In this document: piece by piece, positions 63,655 to 64,000 of the stretch | How the letters are laid out: the number at the start of each line of letters is the position of its first letter | Numbering within the stretch: the first letter of the stretch is position 1 | Source of the DNA: Lingula anatina | Taxonomy: Eukaryota > Animalia > Brachiopoda | Direction: 5' to 3' | Assembly: GCA_051362555.1 (NCBI GenBank) | Contig: CM120641.1 | Span: forward strand, 24,186,401-24,250,400 | DNA length: 64,000 nucleotides | Position numbers and translations under genes: made by a program | The notes under the pieces: model-generated | Databases searched by the model: none | Seen by the model: only the letters and a program-made list of their open reading frames with translations | Told to the model about the DNA's origin: nothing

Positions 63655-63825
63655 CTAGGCACACTGTGTGAATCTTGGTTTGAATTTATACTAATGAGAA
63701 TTGTGAGAAAACTGCGATTTTACCTCATGCTTTTTGTCACCTCAGCCGTACGAGGACAGTCTTGCAAGTGGTTGTCACGTGACCTGCTACAGCTGTTTTG
63801 GAAAAGATGTGCTGGGCGGGTGTGA
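63655..63825 (-). promoter_or_regulatory. Candidate distal promoter and non-coding first exon of coronin
   Basis: Minus-strand donor TAG|GTAAGT at 63655/63654, palindromic GTCACGTGAC at 63774-63783, GC box GGGCGGG ~63814, and local CpG enrichment. Confidence 0.4.
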
Positions 63826-64000
63826 CAGGAGCACCTACCACAATTCGTGTCTTCGCTCTTCATTATTAGTCGTTTTAACCAAGGTACCTAATTTCTTCCC
63901 CATTTTAAGTCTTATTCACTCAATCAACTATTCACTTGTGAAATAATTTATTGATCTACCTTTTTGACTATTACTAGCATTTTGAATATAAAATAGGGGC

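Overview
AT-rich, intron-rich animal genomic DNA. The repeat families and gene sequences suggest a lophotrochozoan, probably a mollusc; this is inference. Four spliced genes can be reconstructed exon by exon: PSAT1 (minus, 2233-7197) head-to-head with pyruvate kinase (plus, ~7750-19450), then ANP32 (plus, 22285-28516) tail-to-tail with a coronin-2 gene (minus, 32185-54550, with upstream first exons near 60.4 and 63.7 kb). The standout observation is in the pyruvate kinase gene. One 119-nt exon is present as seven intact, diverged tandem copies (15215-17672), and splice phase allows only one copy per productive mRNA. This exon encodes much of the amino-acid allosteric pocket (His464 region of human PKM) and is not the exon that is mutually exclusive in vertebrate PKM1/PKM2. 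The cluster is enriched for UGCAUG motifs, and the gene shares a short divergent promoter region with the serine-synthesis gene PSAT1. Introns also carry Helentron-type non-autonomous elements (one with a 146-bp satellite array in a 4-mer higher-order repeat) and several MITEs.
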